Shown here: one piece after another, positions 60,340 to 64,000 of the stretch
How the letters are laid out: each line of letters opens with the position of its first letter
Position numbering within the stretch: the stretch's first letter is position 1
Assembly: GCA_016699615.1 (NCBI GenBank)
Contig: CP064984.1
Coordinates: forward strand, 1,358,185 to 1,422,184
Reading direction: 5' to 3'
Source: Sphingobacteriales bacterium
GTDB lineage: Bacteria > Bacteroidota > Bacteroidia > Chitinophagales > JADIYW01
Length of the DNA stretch: 64,000 bases
Notes under the pieces: generated by a model
The model's database searches: none
What the model was told of the DNA's origin: nothing
What the model saw: the letters and a program-made list of their open reading frames with translations, nothing else
Made by a program: the position numbers and the translations under genes

Positions 60340-61122
60340 ATGAAAGCAATGGTTTTTGCAGCAGGATTAGGTACAAGACTAAGACCATTAACCAATGATA
60401 TTCCAAAAGCTTTGGTGAAAATTGGTGATAAACCTCTATTGCAAATTGTAATAGAACAATTGAAAAGCTATGGAATAACAGAAATTGTTATTAATGTACA
60501 TTATTTGGCACAGAAAATAGAAGAATTTCTAAAAACGCACAATAACTTTGGAATATTAATACATATTTCTGATGAAAGTGATGAATTGTTAGAAACAGGT
60601 GGAGGATTATTAAAAGCAAAAGATTTTTTTGTTGATGATAATGCACCATTTTTGGTATGCAATGCTGATATTTTTACCAATATTAATATCCAAGAGTTTT
60701 TAAATCAGCATAAAAAAAATAATGCGCTAGCTACTTTGGCAGTACGACAACGTGCATCTTCTAGATATTTGTTGTTTGATGATGAACATATTTTGTTTGG
60801 TTGGGAAAATGCCAAAACAGAAAAATTTATTATTCCACGTACATCAGCTAGAAAATATACAACAAATGAATTTGGAGAACAAGTGTTGGTAGAACATCCT
60901 TTACACGAATTTGCTTTTAGTGGTTATCACATTATAGAACCAGAAATTTTTAATCATGTAAGTAGAACAGGCATTTTTTCGATGACTGATTGGTACTTAG
61001 ATTTGTGCAAAAACCATGTGATAAAAAACTACATACACAACGATGATATTTGGATTGATATTGGTACTATTGAAAAAGTAGAAGCGGCAACGCAGACTTA
61101 TAGAAGCAACAATTCTTTGTAA
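60340..61122 (+). CDS. Nucleotidyltransferase family protein (MurU / sugar-1-phosphate nucleotidyltransferase-like)
   Basis: ORF 60295-61122; the likely start is ATG 60340 (MKAMVFAAGLGTRLRPLTNDIPKALV). Confidence 0.8.
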   Translation: MKAMVFAAGLGTRLRPLTNDIPKALVKIGDKPLLQIVIEQLKSYGITEIVINVHYLAQKIEEFLKTHNNFGILIHISDESDELLETGGGLLKAKDFFVDDNAPFLVCNADIFTNINIQEFLNQHKKNNALATLAVRQRASSRYLLFDDEHILFGWENAKTEKFIIPRTSARKYTTNEFGEQVLVEHPLHEFAFSGYHIIEPEIFNHVSRTGIFSMTDWYLDLCKNHVIKNYIHNDDIWIDIGTIEKVEAATQTYRSNNSL

Positions 61123-63823
61123 GCTAATGCGTATTGATATGAATTTTTATTTTCACTCAAAATAAAATCTTGATGTATATCTATAATTTCTTCAATGATA
61201 GCTACTAATTTTTCTTCAAACAATAGTAGAATCCATTTGTCAATTGTCTTTGCATTGTTTAAATATTGAATGCCATTTTGTAATTTTTTACAGTAAAATA
61301 GCCAACCAATATATTTGCATTTGGATAGTTTTTGTAGTACAACCAAGCATACAACAAACCTTGAAATGTTTCTTTGTAAGGTGTTGCTGTCTTGTTTAAT
61401 ATCTTACTAAAGAAATCATCTATACTTTTTTCATCGCCTTCAGTAGGAAAATTGCAAAGCTTAATGTTTCCTGTTTTATAATCTAAAATTCTAATATGGT
61501 TATTTTGCTTATCTATTCTATCTATTTTTCCGTATATCGTTATTTCTTTATTTTTAATGTGTAATGTTGCTTTTAACTCTTGTTCTAATCCAAGAATTTC
61601 AAAAGATTCTTTTTGGTCAATATCAAGTACATCAGTAAAAAGTTTTTCAATAATTTTTTTAGAGAATGCATTGTTTTTTTTGAAATAACTTTTTGGATAG
61701 CCTAAATCTGCAATAGCTTGTTGTATATAATCATTCTTTTCATATTCATTAAGAACCCTCGGACTTTTGTTTTGCGTATAAAATTTTTCTAATATCTTAT
61801 GCAAGATGGTACCAAAATCAGCTGATTCTTTGCTTGTGTTTAATTCATCTGGAATGTACACTTTTAGAATATACTTAAGATAGAATTGTATAGGACAAGT
61901 TAGATACGTATTGATTGATGATGCTGTGTATTTAATATTTTCTAACTGTTCAATAATTTCTGGATTTTTTGGAATAAGTATTGAGTTGTTCGTATGTACA
62001 ACATCAGCACTTAGCATATTCAATGTTGATGAATGTATGGCTATCTGCTTTCTATCAAACTCATATTCTATTTGTCGTATAAATCTACTTTTTTCATTAT
62101 CAGAATCTGAGCTTGCTGAGTTATTGTATATTAAATAGATGTTTTTTGCACGCTTCAGCAATCTATAAAAATGATAGGCATTCACACCATCAAATTGGTC
62201 AAAAGTTGGTAGCTGAAAACTTTTTCTAAGATGATATGGAATAAATGAATTGGATTTGTTGGTGCCTGGCAAATTCTTATCATTCAAGCTAAGAATATAC
62301 AAACTTTCAAAATCTTGCAATCTGGTTTCTAAAAATCCCATAATTTGTATGCTGTTATCGCGCTTGGTTTCAAACGGAATAGCACCATTTAGTATATAAT
62401 TCTGAATAATTAGTTTTATATCTTTTATACTTTGTAAAATATCGTAGTTAATTATTTTGTGAAAATGCTCAAGTTCACGCGTTAATTCTTGGGCAATTAT
62501 CTTTTCATTTTCTGTTTGTAATGCTAAAGCTCTTATCAAAGAAATACAATTGGGAATAATTTGTCTTGTATCTAAGTTTTTAAATAGATTTAAAAATGAT
62601 TCATCGTAAATATACGATGAAAGACTATTTATCTCAAAAGGAAAATTATAATGCTCAATAGATTTAATATTTGACTCTTTGGAAACAATATGTTCTAGTT
62701 CATGATATGAAATAAGTGTAGCAAAATCTTTTATATAAATAAAATTTTCATTTATATTTTGGATGCACGATAAATAGTTTTGAATAATATTGCAAATATT
62801 ACTATTTTTTACTTTGCTGCCCATCGTAATATTTACAATGTCTTTGTCAAATATAGGCTGACAATGTTCTAATAAAGACTCATCACACAATACAATGGCA
62901 CTATTTTCTTTAGGATTGATTAGGCTTTTTGTGTAATGCACTTGCCCAACATTGCTCGACAATGATATAATATTGATTGTTTGTTGTTCGTTTCTATCAA
63001 AGCACCAATGATGATTTTCTCCAGCATATTTTTGCTTGTAGTTTCTAAGGAAATTTCCAGCTTCGTGCCAATCATTATTCATAAATAATTCATCAACATC
63101 CCACCAAGTTTCTATATTCTTTTTACATAATAGAATGTCTAGCAGCTTTTCTTCACAGTAGGTAAACGCATTAAAACCACAGAAAATAATATTGTTGTAA
63201 GCTATTGTTGTTTTATCTAATTCAATATCGCTAACTAGTTTTTTATAAGCCATACCTTCGTAGCCTATGTTTTCTGCGTTTAATGTAGTTTGTAATTGCT
63301 TGTATGTAGCACCAAGATGTTGCCATGTTTTTACAAAATCATCGTACAATATTCCTTTTTTATCGTTCTCTAAATGTTTGTAGAATATTTGCAAATATTC
63401 ATTGGTTAAATTCTTAAGCTCATAATGTTCGTCAATATCTTTATGTGCTTGCAACACATCAAAAAAATATTCAGTATCTATATTGTATTTATCAATTTCA
63501 TCAAAATCTTTCAATATCAATTTTCCCCAAGAAATAAATTGATGGAAAGTTTGTCCACTTTGTGTTATAGATTCATGGATTATGAATAATTTTTGAAGTA
63601 AATAGAATTCATCTACAATGGATATTCTACTGTATTCATTAAAAAATTCTTGTATTGTTTTAGTTTCTGGAAGAATATATGTTTGTCCTTCTGTTTTGTC
63701 TTTTAATATTTGGTTGAATATTGCAACGGCTCTCTTACTCGGAAATATATACAAATTGTCTTTTAATTCTTGAATAGAATATTTGCGTAAGGTATGCTCA
63801 ACAATTTGTTGAATAAAATTCAT
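61098..63823 (-). pseudogene. AddB-like PD-(D/E)XK nuclease family protein, frameshifted in an A6/T6 tract near the 3' end
   Basis: The 854-aa ORF 61259-63823 carries the RecB-type nuclease motifs GKIDRIDK...ILDYKTG and QGLLYAWLY. ORF 61098-61346 continues in another frame. Adding one base to the 6-nt run at 61284-61289 gives ...GYFTVKKLQNGIQYLNNAKTIDKWILLLFEEKL... Confidence 0.75.
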
Positions 63824-63860
63824 ACACGAATATATTGAATAAAAAACTTTCTTTTAGGAA

Positions 63861-64000
63861 TTATTCTATAATAGGAATTAAACCACGAATGCCCATGTCT
63901 ACAACACTATCTTCAATTAGGTTGTTGTTCAAGGCATTTACTGGCTGAAATTGTCCATCACCATTTTTATCTTTCCATTCAAAACTTTTGTTGGTAGACA
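63861..64000 (-). CDS. 3' end of an unidentified gene (partial, runs off the window)
   Basis: Own translation of the minus strand: ...STNKSFEWKDKNGDGQFQPVNALNNNLIEDSVVDMGIRGLIPIIE* with the stop at 63861-63863. Open to the window edge; no family recognised. Confidence 0.4.
   Translation of the reverse strand, partial: STNKSFEWKDKNGDGQFQPVNALNNNLIEDSVVDMGIRGLIPIIE

Overview
This is an AT-rich (roughly 30% GC by eye), gene-dense chromosomal segment from a member of the Bacteroidota, most likely Flavobacteriia or a close relative. The placement rests on:
- lineage-typical families: a DUF4292 lipoprotein after a TPR protein; DUF4270 beside a short glycogen-synthase-like gene and glmS; a GYDIA-type GHMP kinase; an IPExxxVDY protein between dusB and pyk; TIGR02757
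- mevalonate-pathway genes
- TAnnTTTG -7 promoter boxes and almost no Shine-Dalgarno sequences

I count about 62 protein-coding loci and one tRNA-Gln(UUG). I saw no rRNA, CRISPR array, transposase, integrase or prophage genes. Content is mostly housekeeping (thiL, proC, panC, glmS, pepA, pdxA, icd, sucB, pyk, dusB, ybeY, Fe-S carrier genes), plus envelope and glycan genes at 44.9-52.6 kb.

The dominant oddity is that at least 12 loci carry 13 single-base lesions: 12 frameshifts and 1 nonsense codon, mostly in A/T homopolymers. Two apparently essential mevalonate genes are among them. This is either homopolymer sequencing error or real slippage-prone or decaying genes.

Candidate novel biology, in my order of interest:
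1. A bestrophin / mini-MscS / LCIB (theta-carbonic-anhydrase)-like three-gene cluster at 55.6-57.9 kb.
2. An exported metallothionein-like lipoprotein with about 24% Cys and a slippery A-tract, next to a secreted Zn protease (7.5-7.8 kb).
3. An 876-aa tandem AAA+ protein with a duplicated uncharacterised N-terminal domain, whose stop codon overlaps the start of a glycosyltransferase gene (1-3.7 kb).

All functional calls come from motif recognition by eye. No searches were run.
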